Part shown: one piece after another, positions 17,885-27,963 of the stretch
Layout of the letters: every line of letters starts with the position of its first letter
Numbering within the stretch: position 1 is the first letter of the stretch
NCBI GenBank assembly: GCA_964291285.2
Contig: OZ219785.1
Span: 1,152,001-1,216,000 of the forward strand
Length of the DNA: 64,000 bases
Direction of reading: 5' to 3'
DNA from: Alphaproteobacteria bacterium
GTDB lineage: Bacteria; Pseudomonadota; Alphaproteobacteria; Bin95
Position numbers and translations under genes: made by a program
Notes under the pieces: model-generated
The model's input: only the letters and a program-made list of their open reading frames with translations
Told to the model about the DNA's origin: nothing
The model's database searches: none

Positions 17885-19009
17885 TCAATTCCTTTCCAGC
17901 ACGGCGCTGACGATTTCGGCGGCTTCATGAACCATGGCGTCGGCGGCATGCGTGTATTTCAGCGTCGTCTGCGGATTGCGATGACCGAGCAATCTTGCGA
18001 TCGCAAGCACGGTCTCGCCCTGTCTCAACGCAAAACTCGCATGGGTATGTCGCAAATCGTGGAGGCGAACCTCGCCCAGACCTGCTTCGATGCGAACCCG
18101 ATACCAGAACTTGTCGAGCCAGACCTTGTTTCTGGGCCCGTCCGTTCTCGGCGCCGGAAAGACCCAGCCGCTCTTCCGCCCGAGCATATCGAGAATGTTG
18201 CGGGCGGGCCGCGAGAGCCACACGGTTCTGGGGCCTGTCTTGCCGTCTCGCAGGAACAGGTGGCCTTCCCGGTAGTCGGACCAGCGCAGGGTCAGGATTT
18301 CGCTCCTGCGGCACCCCGTGAGGAGCAGCAGGCGGACGATGGCGACCTGTTGGGGATACCGGGCGGCATGCGCCGTCAACCTGGCGGACAGACGACGGAT
18401 TTCTTCGTCGGAGAGAAACCGTTCGCGCCCCTTGCGACGGTAGCGGCGAATGCCCCGGCAAGGGTTGGAACCCTCCGGGCGCATGCCCATGGTCTCCGCT
18501 TCCCTCATGATGACGGACAGCACCGGCATCGACCGGTCCGCCGCGACCGGCGTCGCCCGAAGCGAGGCGAACCAGTTTCGCACGTCGCCTCCGTCGATGC
18601 CGGCGATCCCCCGCCCGGCGAAATACGGCAGAAGCTGGTTGCGCAGATAGCACCGGTTCACATTGAGCGTTCCAGCCTTCCAGACGCGGGCGTATCGGTC
18701 GAACACGGTCTCGGCAACGGCCTCGAAGAGCGTCTCCTCGGGCCGCGCAGGCGCGCTCTTGCCTTTTCGAATCGCGGCAAGCGTTTCGGTGGCATGCGCT
18801 CTCGCTTCCGCTATGCCCGTATTGTCGGCGTCGCCGATGATTTTCCAGATGCGCTCGCCGCGACGCTGGCTTTGGACAAAGAAGCGTTTCCTGCCCCTGG
18901 GCAGAATCCGAACGCCGAAACCCCTGAGTTTGGCGTCCCGGACGTCATAAGCGGTCTTTCGCGGCCGCAGCGCCTTCACGCGGGCATCGGTGAGGATGGT
19001 TCTGGCCAT
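17885..19009 (-). CDS. Tyrosine integrase with N-terminal arm-binding domain, copy 1
   Basis: LTDARV...RDAKLRGFGVRILPRGRKRF; LTGCRRSEI, KTG, HDLRH, LGH, TLKY. Confidence 0.92.
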   Translation of the reverse strand: MARTILTDARVKALRPRKTAYDVRDAKLRGFGVRILPRGRKRFFVQSQRRGERIWKIIGDADNTGIAEARAHATETLAAIRKGKSAPARPEETLFEAVAETVFDRYARVWKAGTLNVNRCYLRNQLLPYFAGRGIAGIDGGDVRNWFASLRATPVAADRSMPVLSVIMREAETMGMRPEGSNPCRGIRRYRRKGRERFLSDEEIRRLSARLTAHAARYPQQVAIVRLLLLTGCRRSEILTLRWSDYREGHLFLRDGKTGPRTVWLSRPARNILDMLGRKSGWVFPAPRTDGPRNKVWLDKFWYRVRIEAGLGEVRLHDLRHTHASFALRQGETVLAIARLLGHRNPQTTLKYTHAADAMVHEAAEIVSAVLERN

Positions 19010-19111
19010 GGTTTTCTCCCGGCTCCGGTTGCAGCCAGGGAGCCAGGGCATTGCATCCCGCTTCCCCAGTTGCAGATTTTTCGGGAGAAAAAACGACGCT
19101 ATGTCAGATAG

Positions 19112-19822
19112 TTAGCACCCAAAGGTGCGCTGGAAGGTGTAGGTCATCAACCCGCCTTCCTCATGGCGGACCATGTAGCGGAAATCGTCCAGCCAGTTTT
19201 CCAGCACGGCGCCCGTGCTCCTGAGTCCCGGCATACCGGGCGGCATGAACTCGAAATGCGGCCAGTCGTCCGCGCTCCAGGAGACCGGCAGTTCCAAGAG
19301 CGCGGTTTCCTCGCCGAAGGTCGAGGCCTCGTCGACACGTATGACGTCGCCCCGGCGCACCCGGTAGGGCTGCGTGTCGTGGCCCATCATCGAGCTGTCA
19401 TAGGCGAAGCCGCGCTCCAGCAACAGCTCGACGGAATGCTCCGAAAGGTCCCAGGCAGGCGAGCGGTAGCCGCGCGGCCGGGCGTTCGTCAGCGCCTCGA
19501 TAGCGGCGATGCCCCGGTCCAGCTCCTCCGCTTCTTCCTCCCTCGACAACTGGGTCGGCGTGATATGCCGCCAGCCGTGATGGCCGATCTCGTGGCCGGC
19601 CTCGTGGATGCGCCGGCAATGGTCCGGCCATGTGCCGATGGTGATGCCCGGGATGAAGAAGGAGGCCGCGATGCCGTGGCGGTCCAGAAGCCGCAATATG
19701 CGCTCGACCCCGACCGCGCCGAACTCGCCGCGCGAAAGCATGGTCGGCGAGGTCCGGCCCCGCGCGATGAAGCCCGACATGCCGTCGAAATCGAATGTGA
19801 GCGCGGCAAGGCAGGCCGTCAT
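19112..19822 (-). pseudogene. Polysaccharide deacetylase (CE4/PuuE-like), 3'-truncated
   Basis: LTFDFD, HEIGHHGW, GYRSP, YDSS, DDWPHF; ends TYTF-Q-RTFGC* where the family has T..HP...GR. Confidence 0.8.
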
Positions 19823-20643
19823 CCGCCCATCTCCTCCGACCAGGGCCGGCCGCGCACCGATGCGGCGAGGCCACCATCGACGACCAGCTCGGTCCCGGTA
19901 ATGTAGGCCGCTTCGTCCGAAGCGAGGAAGAGCACGGCATAGGCCACGTCCCAGGCCGTGCCCGCGCGGCCCATCGGCACGATGCCGGCGCGTTCTTCCA
20001 GCACGCTCTCGAAACCGTCGCCGTGGACTTCCTTCAGCCGCCGGGTGATGCGCGGCGTCGCCATCATGCCCGGCAGCACCGCATTGCAGCGTATGCCCTG
20101 CGGCGCATATTGCCCGGCGATGTTGCGCGTGAGCTCGTTGACCGCGCCCTTGGACGCCGCATAGGCGGCCGCGGGATAGGCGAAACGCAGGCTCGCCAGC
20201 GACGAGTTGTTGACGATCGAGCCGCGCCCCTGTTCGACCATGACCGGCAGCACATGCTTGCAGGCGAGGAACATCGGTTTGACGTTGGCTGTCATCAGCC
20301 GGTCCCAATCCGCTTCGTCGAGTTCCACCGGACCGCCGAGCGCCTGAAGGCCGATATTGTTGAAGAGGATGTCGATCCGGCCCCAGGCGCCCGCACAGGC
20401 GGCCACCGCCGCCTCGACTTCGGCCGCGACCGACATGTCGGCCTGCCAGGCCCGCGCCTCGCCGCCCTCGGCATGAATCTCCGCCATGGTTTCCTCGGCG
20501 GCGGCTACGTTCCGGTCCACGCAGAAGACGCGCGCGCCTTCCCGCGCCATCAGCACCGCGCTCGCCTTGCCGTTGGACCAGCCCTCGGCGATCGATCCCG
20601 CCCCGGCGACCAGCGCCGCCTTGCCCGCCAGACGCCCGTCCAT
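19819..20643 (-). CDS. SDR family oxidoreductase
   Basis: Gly-rich Rossmann start, IDILFNNIG, YAASK, ITGTELVVDGG. Confidence 0.92.
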   Translation of the reverse strand: MDGRLAGKAALVAGAGSIAEGWSNGKASAVLMAREGARVFCVDRNVAAAEETMAEIHAEGGEARAWQADMSVAAEVEAAVAACAGAWGRIDILFNNIGLQALGGPVELDEADWDRLMTANVKPMFLACKHVLPVMVEQGRGSIVNNSSLASLRFAYPAAAYAASKGAVNELTRNIAGQYAPQGIRCNAVLPGMMATPRITRRLKEVHGDGFESVLEERAGIVPMGRAGTAWDVAYAVLFLASDEAAYITGTELVVDGGLAASVRGRPWSEEMGG

Positions 20644-20710
20644 GCTGCACCCTCCCGCTCCCGCCGCGCCAGTATGGCACGGCGGGAGCGGGGCGCGCAC
20701 GTCGCGGCGG

Positions 20711-21028
20711 TCAACCGAGCGTGCCGCCCGACCGCATGCGCTGCCGCCGGCGGCACAACAGGAACAGAACGATAGCCAGAGCGCCGGGAACGACCCAGGC
20801 AGGCCAGAGCAGCAGCTGCACGAAGGCCGGGTCCCATAGCCAGGGATGCAGGTAGCGCTGGGTGACGGCCTGGGCGAGGTTGAGGCTGCCGCTGTCCAGC
20901 GAGAACCAGAGCTGCCCCAGCGCCTGAGGCTGCCAACCGCCTCCAGCCGCAGCCTGCCAGACGTCGCCGCCGAGCGCGATCATCGCGCCGCAGGCGAACA
21001 ACAGGGCTACGAGACGGCAGACAATCAA
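20711..21028 (-). CDS. Small membrane hypothetical protein
   Basis: Two hydrophobic segments, LGQLW...SLNLAQAVTQRYL.PWLWDP; TTG start with GGAGAGG RBS. Confidence 0.7.
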   Translation of the reverse strand: MIVCRLVALLFACGAMIALGGDVWQAAAGGGWQPQALGQLWFSLDSGSLNLAQAVTQRYLHPWLWDPAFVQLLLWPAWVVPGALAIVLFLLCRRRQRMRSGGTLG

Positions 21029-21117
21029 GGAACCTCTCCGGGAGCCACCCTAGCGACAATGCACACGCTTGCCAAACCCGTTGTGCAATGCAACAACCCC
21101 GCGCTCGGAGAAGTGGC

Positions 21118-22215
21118 ATGCTTGCTGGAATACCGAAGGAAACCGCGCCGCGAGAGCGCCGTGTCGCTGCAACGCCGGACAGCGTGAAGCGGCTGCTGGC
21201 GATGGGCTTCGAGGTGCGTGTGGAGCCCGATGTCGGGACGGCTGCGGGCTACACGGACGCCGCCTATGCGGAGGCCGGCGCGGCAATGGATCCCGAGGCT
21301 CTCGAAGCGGCGGACCTGGTGCTTGCGGTGCATATGCCGGCGGTCGGGCGGCTGAAGCGCGGGTCCATGCTGGCGGGCCTGCTCGCGCCCTTCGGCGACG
21401 ACGATGGCCGGGCCGCGCTTGCCGCGGCGGGCGTCGAGGCGTTCGCGATGGAACTCATGCCGCGCATCACCCGCGCGCAGACCATGGATGCGCTTTCGAG
21501 CCAGTCCAACCTCGCGGGCTATGCGGCGGTGGTCCGCGCCGCCGACCTCTTCGGCCGCGCTTTCCCGATGATGGTGACGGCCGCCGGCACCATCGCGCCT
21601 GCACGGGTTCTCGTTCTCGGCGCCGGCGTGGCCGGCCTCCAGGCGATCGCGACGGCCCGCCGCCTCGGCGCCGTTGTGTCGGCGATGGATGTGCGCCCGG
21701 CGGCGCGCGAGCAGGTGGAGAGCCTCGGCGCCAGCTTCATCGAAGTGGACCACAGGGAGCCCAGCCTCGCCGAGGACGAAGGCGGTTATGCCCGGGAGAT
21801 GGGCGAGGACTACAAGCGCGAGCAGGCCGACAAGCTGGCCGAGACGCTCGCGCGCACGAATATCGTCATCACGACCGCGCAGATTCCCGGCCGGCCCGCG
21901 CCGCGCCTGCTCTCGGCGGAGATGGTGCGCGAAATGGCGCCCGGCTCCGTGATCATCGACATCGCGGTCGCACAGGGCGGCAATTGCGAGCTGAGCCGCG
22001 CGGATCGCATCGTGGAGGAACAGGGAGTGTTTATCGTGGGCGACAGCGACCTGCCGTCCCGCGTGGCGCAAGACGCAAGCGCCCTCTATGCGCGCAACCT
22101 CGTCAATTTTGCGGAACTGCTGGTGGATAAGGAGCAGGGCGCGCTCGCGCCCGACTACAACGATCCGATCATCTCTGCGACGGCATTGAACCCGAAGGAC
22201 GCTTCCGATGGCTGA
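21118..22215 (+). CDS. pntA: NAD(P) transhydrogenase alpha subunit part 1
   Basis: [37 protein letters not shown]. Confidence 0.95.
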   Translation: MLAGIPKETAPRERRVAATPDSVKRLLAMGFEVRVEPDVGTAAGYTDAAYAEAGAAMDPEALEAADLVLAVHMPAVGRLKRGSMLAGLLAPFGDDDGRAALAAAGVEAFAMELMPRITRAQTMDALSSQSNLAGYAAVVRAADLFGRAFPMMVTAAGTIAPARVLVLGAGVAGLQAIATARRLGAVVSAMDVRPAAREQVESLGASFIEVDHREPSLAEDEGGYAREMGEDYKREQADKLAETLARTNIVITTAQIPGRPAPRLLSAEMVREMAPGSVIIDIAVAQGGNCELSRADRIVEEQGVFIVGDSDLPSRVAQDASALYARNLVNFAELLVDKEQGALAPDYNDPIISATALNPKDASDG

Positions 22216-22624
22216 ACCCCTGAACCGGGACGCGGCGGCGATTGCCGACCGCGCCGGCCAGCTTGCCGACGAAGCGCAGCGGCTGGCGGCCGAAGCGGCC
22301 GACCTCGCCCATCGCGCGGCCCAGGCGGACGCGCCCGCGACCGATCCCATCCTGTTCGGCCTCACCGTGTTCGCGCTTGCCTGTTTCGTCGGCTATTACG
22401 TCGTCTGGAAGGTGACGCCGGCGCTGCATGCCCCGCTGATGTCGGTCGCCAACGCGATTTCCGGCGTGGTCGTGCTCGGGGCGATGATCGCCGCCGGCCC
22501 CGCCATCTTCGGCGTCTCCAAGCTGCTGGGCTTCGTCGCCGTCGTGGTCGCTTCCGTCAATATCTTCGGCGGCTTCATCATCACCCAGAGAATGCTCCAG
22601 ATGTACCGCAAGAAGGACGGCTGA
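22208..22624 (+). CDS. pntA: NAD(P) transhydrogenase alpha subunit part 2 (membrane)
   Basis: [32 protein letters not shown]. Confidence 0.93.
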   Translation: MAEPLNRDAAAIADRAGQLADEAQRLAAEAADLAHRAAQADAPATDPILFGLTVFALACFVGYYVVWKVTPALHAPLMSVANAISGVVVLGAMIAAGPAIFGVSKLLGFVAVVVASVNIFGGFIITQRMLQMYRKKDG

Positions 22625-22628
22625 GGGG

Positions 22629-24020
22629 ATGGAAGCCTCGATAGCATCCTTCGCCTACCTGGTGGCAGCCGTCTGCTTCATCCTGGGAATCCGGGGCCTC
22701 GCCTCCCCGGAGACCGCGCGCCAGGGGAACTGGATCGCCATCGCCGGCATGGCGATTGCCATCGGCGCCACGCTGCTCCGCCCGCAGATCGTCACATTCG
22801 AACTGGTGCTGGGCGGCATCGTCATCGGCGGCGCCATCGGCACGGTGATCGCGCTCAGGGTCAAGATCACGGACCTGCCGCAGCTGGTCGCGATCTTCAA
22901 CAGCTTGGTCGGCCTCGCGGCGGTGCTGATCGCTGCCGCCGCCCTGGAAAGCCCGAGCCTCTACGGCATCCCGGTCGAGGGCGGGCTCGCGACCCACAGC
23001 CTCGTCGAGATCATGGCATCGACCGCCATCGGCGCCGTCACCTTCACGGGCTCGGTCGTCGCGTTCGCAAAACTGCACGGGCTGATGCAGAGCGCGCCCA
23101 TCACCTTCACCGGCCAGCGGGCGGTCAACGCCTTCGTCGGGCTGATCGTGCTGATGGCGGCGCTCGCCTTCGCCGGCTGGGGCACGGCGGGGCTCTTCTG
23201 GGCGCTCGCGCTCGCGGCGCTGGTCTGGGGCGTGCTGGTGGTCATTCCCATCGGCGGGGCGGACATGCCGGTCGTGATCTCGGTGCTGAACTCGGCCTCC
23301 GGCTGGGCCTCCTGCGGCATCGGCTTCACGCTCGACAACCCGCTGATGATCATTACCGGGGCGCTGGTCGGCGCGTCGGGGGCGATCCTCTCCTACATCA
23401 TGTGCAGGGGCATGAACCGCTCGCTTACCCATGTGCTGCTGGGCGGCTTCGGCGGCGAGACCGACGGGCCGACCGGGGAAGCCGCCGACCGGGGGCCGGT
23501 GAAGGCGGGCAATGCCGACGACGCCGCCTTCATGCTGAGAAATGCCGGCTCCGTGGTCATCGTGCCGGGCTACGGCATGGCCGTGGCCCAGGCCCAGCAC
23601 GCGCTGCGCGAAATGGTCGATCTGCTGGAAGGCGAGGGCGTGCGGGTGCGATATGCGATCCACCCGGTCGCGGGGCGGATGCCGGGGCACATGAACGTGC
23701 TGCTGGCCGAGGCCAACGTCCCCTATGACAAGGTGGTCGAGATGGAGGCCATCAACCGCGACTTCCCCTCGACCGACATTGCCTTCGTGATCGGCGCCAA
23801 CGACATCACCAACCCGTCCGCGCGCAACGATACGTCCAGCCCGATCTACGGCATGCCCGTGCTGGAGGTGGACCGGGCGCGGATGGTCATGTTCGTCAAG
23901 CGGTCGATGGCGAGCGGCTATGCGGGCGTGGATAACCCGCTGTTCTTCAACGAGAATACGATGATGCTGTTCGGCGACGCCAAGGCGATGTGCGAAGGCA
24001 TCATCAAGTCCCTGGAATAG
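22629..24020 (+). CDS. pntB: NAD(P) transhydrogenase beta subunit
   Basis: IGGADMPVVIS, PGYGMAVAQAQ, HPVAGRMPGHMNVLLAEA. Confidence 0.97.
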   Translation: MEASIASFAYLVAAVCFILGIRGLASPETARQGNWIAIAGMAIAIGATLLRPQIVTFELVLGGIVIGGAIGTVIALRVKITDLPQLVAIFNSLVGLAAVLIAAAALESPSLYGIPVEGGLATHSLVEIMASTAIGAVTFTGSVVAFAKLHGLMQSAPITFTGQRAVNAFVGLIVLMAALAFAGWGTAGLFWALALAALVWGVLVVIPIGGADMPVVISVLNSASGWASCGIGFTLDNPLMIITGALVGASGAILSYIMCRGMNRSLTHVLLGGFGGETDGPTGEAADRGPVKAGNADDAAFMLRNAGSVVIVPGYGMAVAQAQHALREMVDLLEGEGVRVRYAIHPVAGRMPGHMNVLLAEANVPYDKVVEMEAINRDFPSTDIAFVIGANDITNPSARNDTSSPIYGMPVLEVDRARMVMFVKRSMASGYAGVDNPLFFNENTMMLFGDAKAMCEGIIKSLE

Positions 24021-24034
24021 AGGGCGCGGACTCC

Positions 24035-25060
24035 ATGACACGCATCGTGAAGATCGCCCAGTGGGGCGAGCCGGTCGAGGTGGACGACGACCAGACGCTG
24101 CTGGAAGCGGCGCTGGAGCAGGGCGTGCCCTATCCGCACGGTTGCCGGTCGGGCAATTGCGGCGCCTGCAAGAGCCGGCTCTATGCGGGCAGCGTGGAGA
24201 TGGAGCCCTATTCCGACTTCGCGCTGACGGACGAGGAAAAGGAGAGCGGGTTCGTGCTCGCCTGCCGCTCGCACCCGCAGGAGAACCTCGAGGTCGCATG
24301 GCTCAACGACGACGAGGAGACGGTCGCCCATCCGCTGCGCCGCTTCGAGGCGACGATCGCCGAACGCACCGAGATGACGCATGACATCGTCCGGCTCAGG
24401 CTCGCCGTGCCGGAGGGCGTCGATTTCGCCTATACCGCCGGCCAGTACGCCGCGCTCGCCTTCGCCGGCCGGCCGGCGCGCGATTACTCCATGGCGACGG
24501 GTCCCGGCGGCGGCATGCTCGAATTCCATATCCGCGCGATGGACGACGGCGAGGTGTCCAACTTCGTCCGGGACGAGATATCCGAGGGCGACAGGGTTGC
24601 GGTCGAGGGGCCTTACGGCGCCGCCTATCTGCGCGAGGCGCATCGCGGGCCGATCCTCGCCATTGCCGGCGGCTCGGGTCTGGCGCCCGTCAAGGCGATC
24701 GTGGAGACGGCGCTCGCCAGGGACATGCCGCAGCCCATCTACTTCTACTTCGGCGTGCGCGGCGAACGCGACGTCTATCTCGAACAGGAACTCGCCGGCC
24801 TGGCGTCGAAGCACGAGCGGCTTCGCGTCCAGATCGTGCTGTCGGAGCCGGAGGGCGGCACGGACCGGCGCACGGGCTTCGTGCATGAGGCGGTGGCGGC
24901 CGACTTCGACGATCTCGACGGCTGCAAGGCCTATCTCGCCGGACCGCCGGTGATGGTCGAGGCGGCGACCGAAATGCTGGAGATCCGCGACATGCGCCCG
25001 GAGGACATCCACGCCGACGCCTTCTATACCGAAGCGGAGAAGGCCGCGCTCAATGGCTGA
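24035..25060 (+). CDS. 2Fe-2S ferredoxin / FAD-NAD(P)H reductase
   Basis: CRSGNCGACK, LAC, RDYS, GPYG, AGGSGLAP, YLAGPP. Confidence 0.9.
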   Translation: MTRIVKIAQWGEPVEVDDDQTLLEAALEQGVPYPHGCRSGNCGACKSRLYAGSVEMEPYSDFALTDEEKESGFVLACRSHPQENLEVAWLNDDEETVAHPLRRFEATIAERTEMTHDIVRLRLAVPEGVDFAYTAGQYAALAFAGRPARDYSMATGPGGGMLEFHIRAMDDGEVSNFVRDEISEGDRVAVEGPYGAAYLREAHRGPILAIAGGSGLAPVKAIVETALARDMPQPIYFYFGVRGERDVYLEQELAGLASKHERLRVQIVLSEPEGGTDRRTGFVHEAVAADFDDLDGCKAYLAGPPVMVEAATEMLEIRDMRPEDIHADAFYTEAEKAALNG

Positions 25061-25862
25061 CCGGCTCAGAATCGCAAGCTGGAACGTGAACTCCGTCCGG
25101 CTGCGCATCGACGGCGTCGAGCGCCTGGCGGCCGAGCGCGCGCCCGACGTGCTCTGCCTTCAGGAGGTCAAGGTCGAGAGCGACCGCTTTCCGGTCGAGC
25201 CCTTCCATGCGCTCGGCTACCGCCATTCGGTGCTCTACGGCATCAAGGCCTATCACGGCGTTGCGATCTTGTCGCGGCTCCCCATCGAGGAGGGCGGCAC
25301 GCGCGACTGGTGCGGGCGCTCGGACGGGCGCCACGCCTTCGCCACCGTGGCGGGCGTCGAAATCCACAATTTCTACGTGCCGGCCGGCGGCGACGAGCCG
25401 GACCCGGAGGTCAACGACAAGTTCGCCCACAAGCTGCAGTTTCTTCAGGAGATGACCGGCTGGTGGCGGGACCGGCGCGACGGCGGCGCGCGCCGGGTGA
25501 TGGTCGGCGACCTCAATATCGCGCCGCTCGAGACCGATGTCTGGTCGCACCGCCAGCTCCTCAAGGTGGTCAGCCACACGCCCGTCGAGGTGGAGCATCT
25601 GGCGGCGGTGCAGGCGTCGCACGACTGGACCGATGTCGTGCGCCGCTTCATCCCGCCGGAGCAGAAGCTCTACAGCTGGTGGAGCTACCGGGCGCGCGAC
25701 TGGTCCGCCTCCGACCGCGGCCGGCGCCTCGACCATATCTGGGCGACGCCGGCGCTCTCGAACGCACTGGCGGGCGCGGAAGTGCTGCGCGAGGCGCGCG
25801 GCTGGCAGCGCCCCTCCGACCACGCGCCGGTCATCGCCGATTTCGACCTGTCCGCGGTTTAG
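25053..25862 (+). CDS. xth: Exodeoxyribonuclease III
   Basis: SWNVNS, LQE.K, YHGVA, GDLNIAP, YSWWSYR, RLDH, SDHAP. Confidence 0.93.
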   Translation: MADRLRIASWNVNSVRLRIDGVERLAAERAPDVLCLQEVKVESDRFPVEPFHALGYRHSVLYGIKAYHGVAILSRLPIEEGGTRDWCGRSDGRHAFATVAGVEIHNFYVPAGGDEPDPEVNDKFAHKLQFLQEMTGWWRDRRDGGARRVMVGDLNIAPLETDVWSHRQLLKVVSHTPVEVEHLAAVQASHDWTDVVRRFIPPEQKLYSWWSYRARDWSASDRGRRLDHIWATPALSNALAGAEVLREARGWQRPSDHAPVIADFDLSAV

Positions 25863-26013
25863 GCAGGCGCTTGCGACAATCCGCTTGATGAGATTGCGGA
25901 CAATCTCGTTTACATTGGGGCCTTGGCTACATATAGTGTACGCTGAAGCGTTGGATGCTACAGGTTGATGTTCTGGGCGTCCTGACGCGCTTCTGACTGG
26001 AGTATGGGACGCG

Positions 26014-27069
26014 GTGTACCATCTGTGGCCGCCCAGCAGGGTGCTTCACCTGCTGCCGCCTGAAAAAGCGCACAATGCAGCGCTTCGGCTCCTCCAATTT
26101 TCCCCTCTCCGCCTGCGGCCTCCGGCGCTGCCCGTGCGCAGCGCGGGCATCGAAGCCGCCAACCCGGTCGGCCTGGCTGCCGGCTTCGACCGGCATGGAG
26201 AGGTCGTCCGGGGTGCGCTCGGTCTCGGGTTCGGCTTCGTCGAGATCGGAGGCGTCACCCCGAAACCGCAGCCGGGCAATCCGCAGCCCCGCCTGTTCCG
26301 GCTTGCCGCTGACCGGGCCGTCATCAACCGCATGGGCTTCTACAGCCACGGCGCGGCCGCCGTCGCCCGGCGGCTGGAACGCTACCGGGACCGGGGCGGC
26401 AGGGGCACGGTCGGCGTCAATCTCGCCATGAACAAGACCAGCGGGGACGCCGCCGGGGATTATGCCGCGGTGGCGCGCGCGGTGGCGGGCCTCGCCGACT
26501 TCGTCACCGTCAACGTGTCGTCTCCCAATACGCCGGGCCTGCGCGCGCTGCAGACGGAAGGCGAGCTTCGCCGCATCGTCGAGCGCGTGCGCAAGGCCGC
26601 GCCGTCGGGCACGGCGCTCTGGGTCAAGCTCTGCCCGGATCTGGACAGGGCGCACCGCATGGCGCTGGGGCAGGCGCTGGCGACGATGCCCGTCGATGGC
26701 GTCGTCGTCTCCAATACGACCGTCTCCAGGCCCGCCGGGCTCCGCTCGCCGGAATGCGGGGAGGAGGGCGGCCTCAGCGGTCCGCCGCTGAAGGCGCTCG
26801 CCACGGAGGCCCTGCGCGATATCCGGGCCGCGACCGACGGCAGGATCGACCTGATCGGGGTCGGCGGCATCGGGAATGCGGAAGATGCGCTGGAGAGGAT
26901 CGAAGCCGGCGCGTCGCTGGTGCAGTTCAACACCGCGCTCATCTACGGCGGCAGCCTGCTGCCATACCGGATCGCGCGCGATCTCGCTCGCAGCCTGGAA
27001 CCCGCCCGCCAAACCAGGCCGGAAGCCGGGGCGCCGGTGCCGGCCTACCCCTCCGTCGCGCCGCAATAG
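26014..27069 (+). CDS. pyrD: Quinone-dependent dihydroorotate dehydrogenase (start uncertain)
   Basis: PEKAH, NPVGLAAGFD, PQPGNP.PRLFRL, INRMGF, NVSSPNTPGLR, GGLSG. Confidence 0.93.
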   Translation: MYHLWPPSRVLHLLPPEKAHNAALRLLQFSPLRLRPPALPVRSAGIEAANPVGLAAGFDRHGEVVRGALGLGFGFVEIGGVTPKPQPGNPQPRLFRLAADRAVINRMGFYSHGAAAVARRLERYRDRGGRGTVGVNLAMNKTSGDAAGDYAAVARAVAGLADFVTVNVSSPNTPGLRALQTEGELRRIVERVRKAAPSGTALWVKLCPDLDRAHRMALGQALATMPVDGVVVSNTTVSRPAGLRSPECGEEGGLSGPPLKALATEALRDIRAATDGRIDLIGVGGIGNAEDALERIEAGASLVQFNTALIYGGSLLPYRIARDLARSLEPARQTRPEAGAPVPAYPSVAPQ

Positions 27070-27084
27070 CGCCGGACACAGGCC

Positions 27085-27951
27085 GTGAGCGCCACCGGAA
27101 TCGTGCCCGGCCTTGCGCCGCTGGCAGACCGCTACGACGCCTATCTCGTCGACCTCTGGGGCTGCCTGCATGACGGCGTCCAGCCCTTCCCGGCGGCGCT
27201 CGATGCGCTGGAACGGCTGCGCGCCGGCGGCGGCAGGCGGGTCTGCTTCCTCTCCAACGGCCCGCGCCGGATCGCCTCGCTCATCCGCCGCCTCGACGAT
27301 ATGGGCGTACCGCGCGGCCTCTACGATGCGGTCATGTCGTCCGGCGAGTCTGCCTGGGCCGCGCTGAAGCACCGCAGCGACCCCTGGCATGCGCGCCTCG
27401 GCCCGCGCTGCCTGCATATCGGGCCGGAGCGCGACAACGATGTGCGCGAGGGCAACGGCCTCGACATCGTGGACCGGGTCGAGGACGCCGACTTCATCCT
27501 CTGCACCGGCATAGACGGCTGGGACGAGACCGTGGAGGACTACGAGCCGCTGCTGGCGGCGGGCGCGGCGCGCTCCCTCCCGATGGTCTGCGCCAATCCG
27601 GACCTCGTGGTGCATATCGGCGACAGGCTCTCGCTCTGCGCGGGCTCGCTGGCCGTCCGCTATGTCGAGCTCGGCGGCGACGTCGCCTGGCACGGCAAGC
27701 CGGACGGGGCGGTGTTCGCCCGCGCGATGGCTGCTCTCGGCGATCCCGACAAGGGGCGCACGCTGATGATCGGCGACGGGCTCAGGACGGATGTCGCCGG
27801 CGGCAACGCCTTCGGCATCGACACGCTCTTCCTCTCCGGCGGCATCCACGAGGAGGAGGTGGGCGCGTCGCCCGACCCGGCGCGCTTGGAAGCCCGCTCA
27901 GCCGAACTCGGCGTCCGCCCGACCTGGGCGACGGCGGCGCTCCGCTGGTAG
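27085..27951 (+). CDS. HAD-IIA family hydrolase
   Basis: DLWGCLHDG, LSN, CANPD, GKP, IGD.L.TD. Confidence 0.9.
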   Translation: MSATGIVPGLAPLADRYDAYLVDLWGCLHDGVQPFPAALDALERLRAGGGRRVCFLSNGPRRIASLIRRLDDMGVPRGLYDAVMSSGESAWAALKHRSDPWHARLGPRCLHIGPERDNDVREGNGLDIVDRVEDADFILCTGIDGWDETVEDYEPLLAAGAARSLPMVCANPDLVVHIGDRLSLCAGSLAVRYVELGGDVAWHGKPDGAVFARAMAALGDPDKGRTLMIGDGLRTDVAGGNAFGIDTLFLSGGIHEEEVGASPDPARLEARSAELGVRPTWATAALRW

Positions 27952-27963
27952 GAGGATTCCGTC

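Noticed and set aside
4955-19009. hsdS shufflon driven by the integrases
   Set aside because: No second hsdS or TRD cassette or inverted hsdS repeats were found in the window
16637-19111. 824-aa + strand ORF
   Set aside because: Antisense shadow of the two integrases; no motifs, typical of high-GC DNA
19112-20680. 522-aa ORF as a single fusion protein
   Set aside because: The 5' part is an alternative frame of the SDR gene; the deacetylase starts at 19822 with an ATGA overlap
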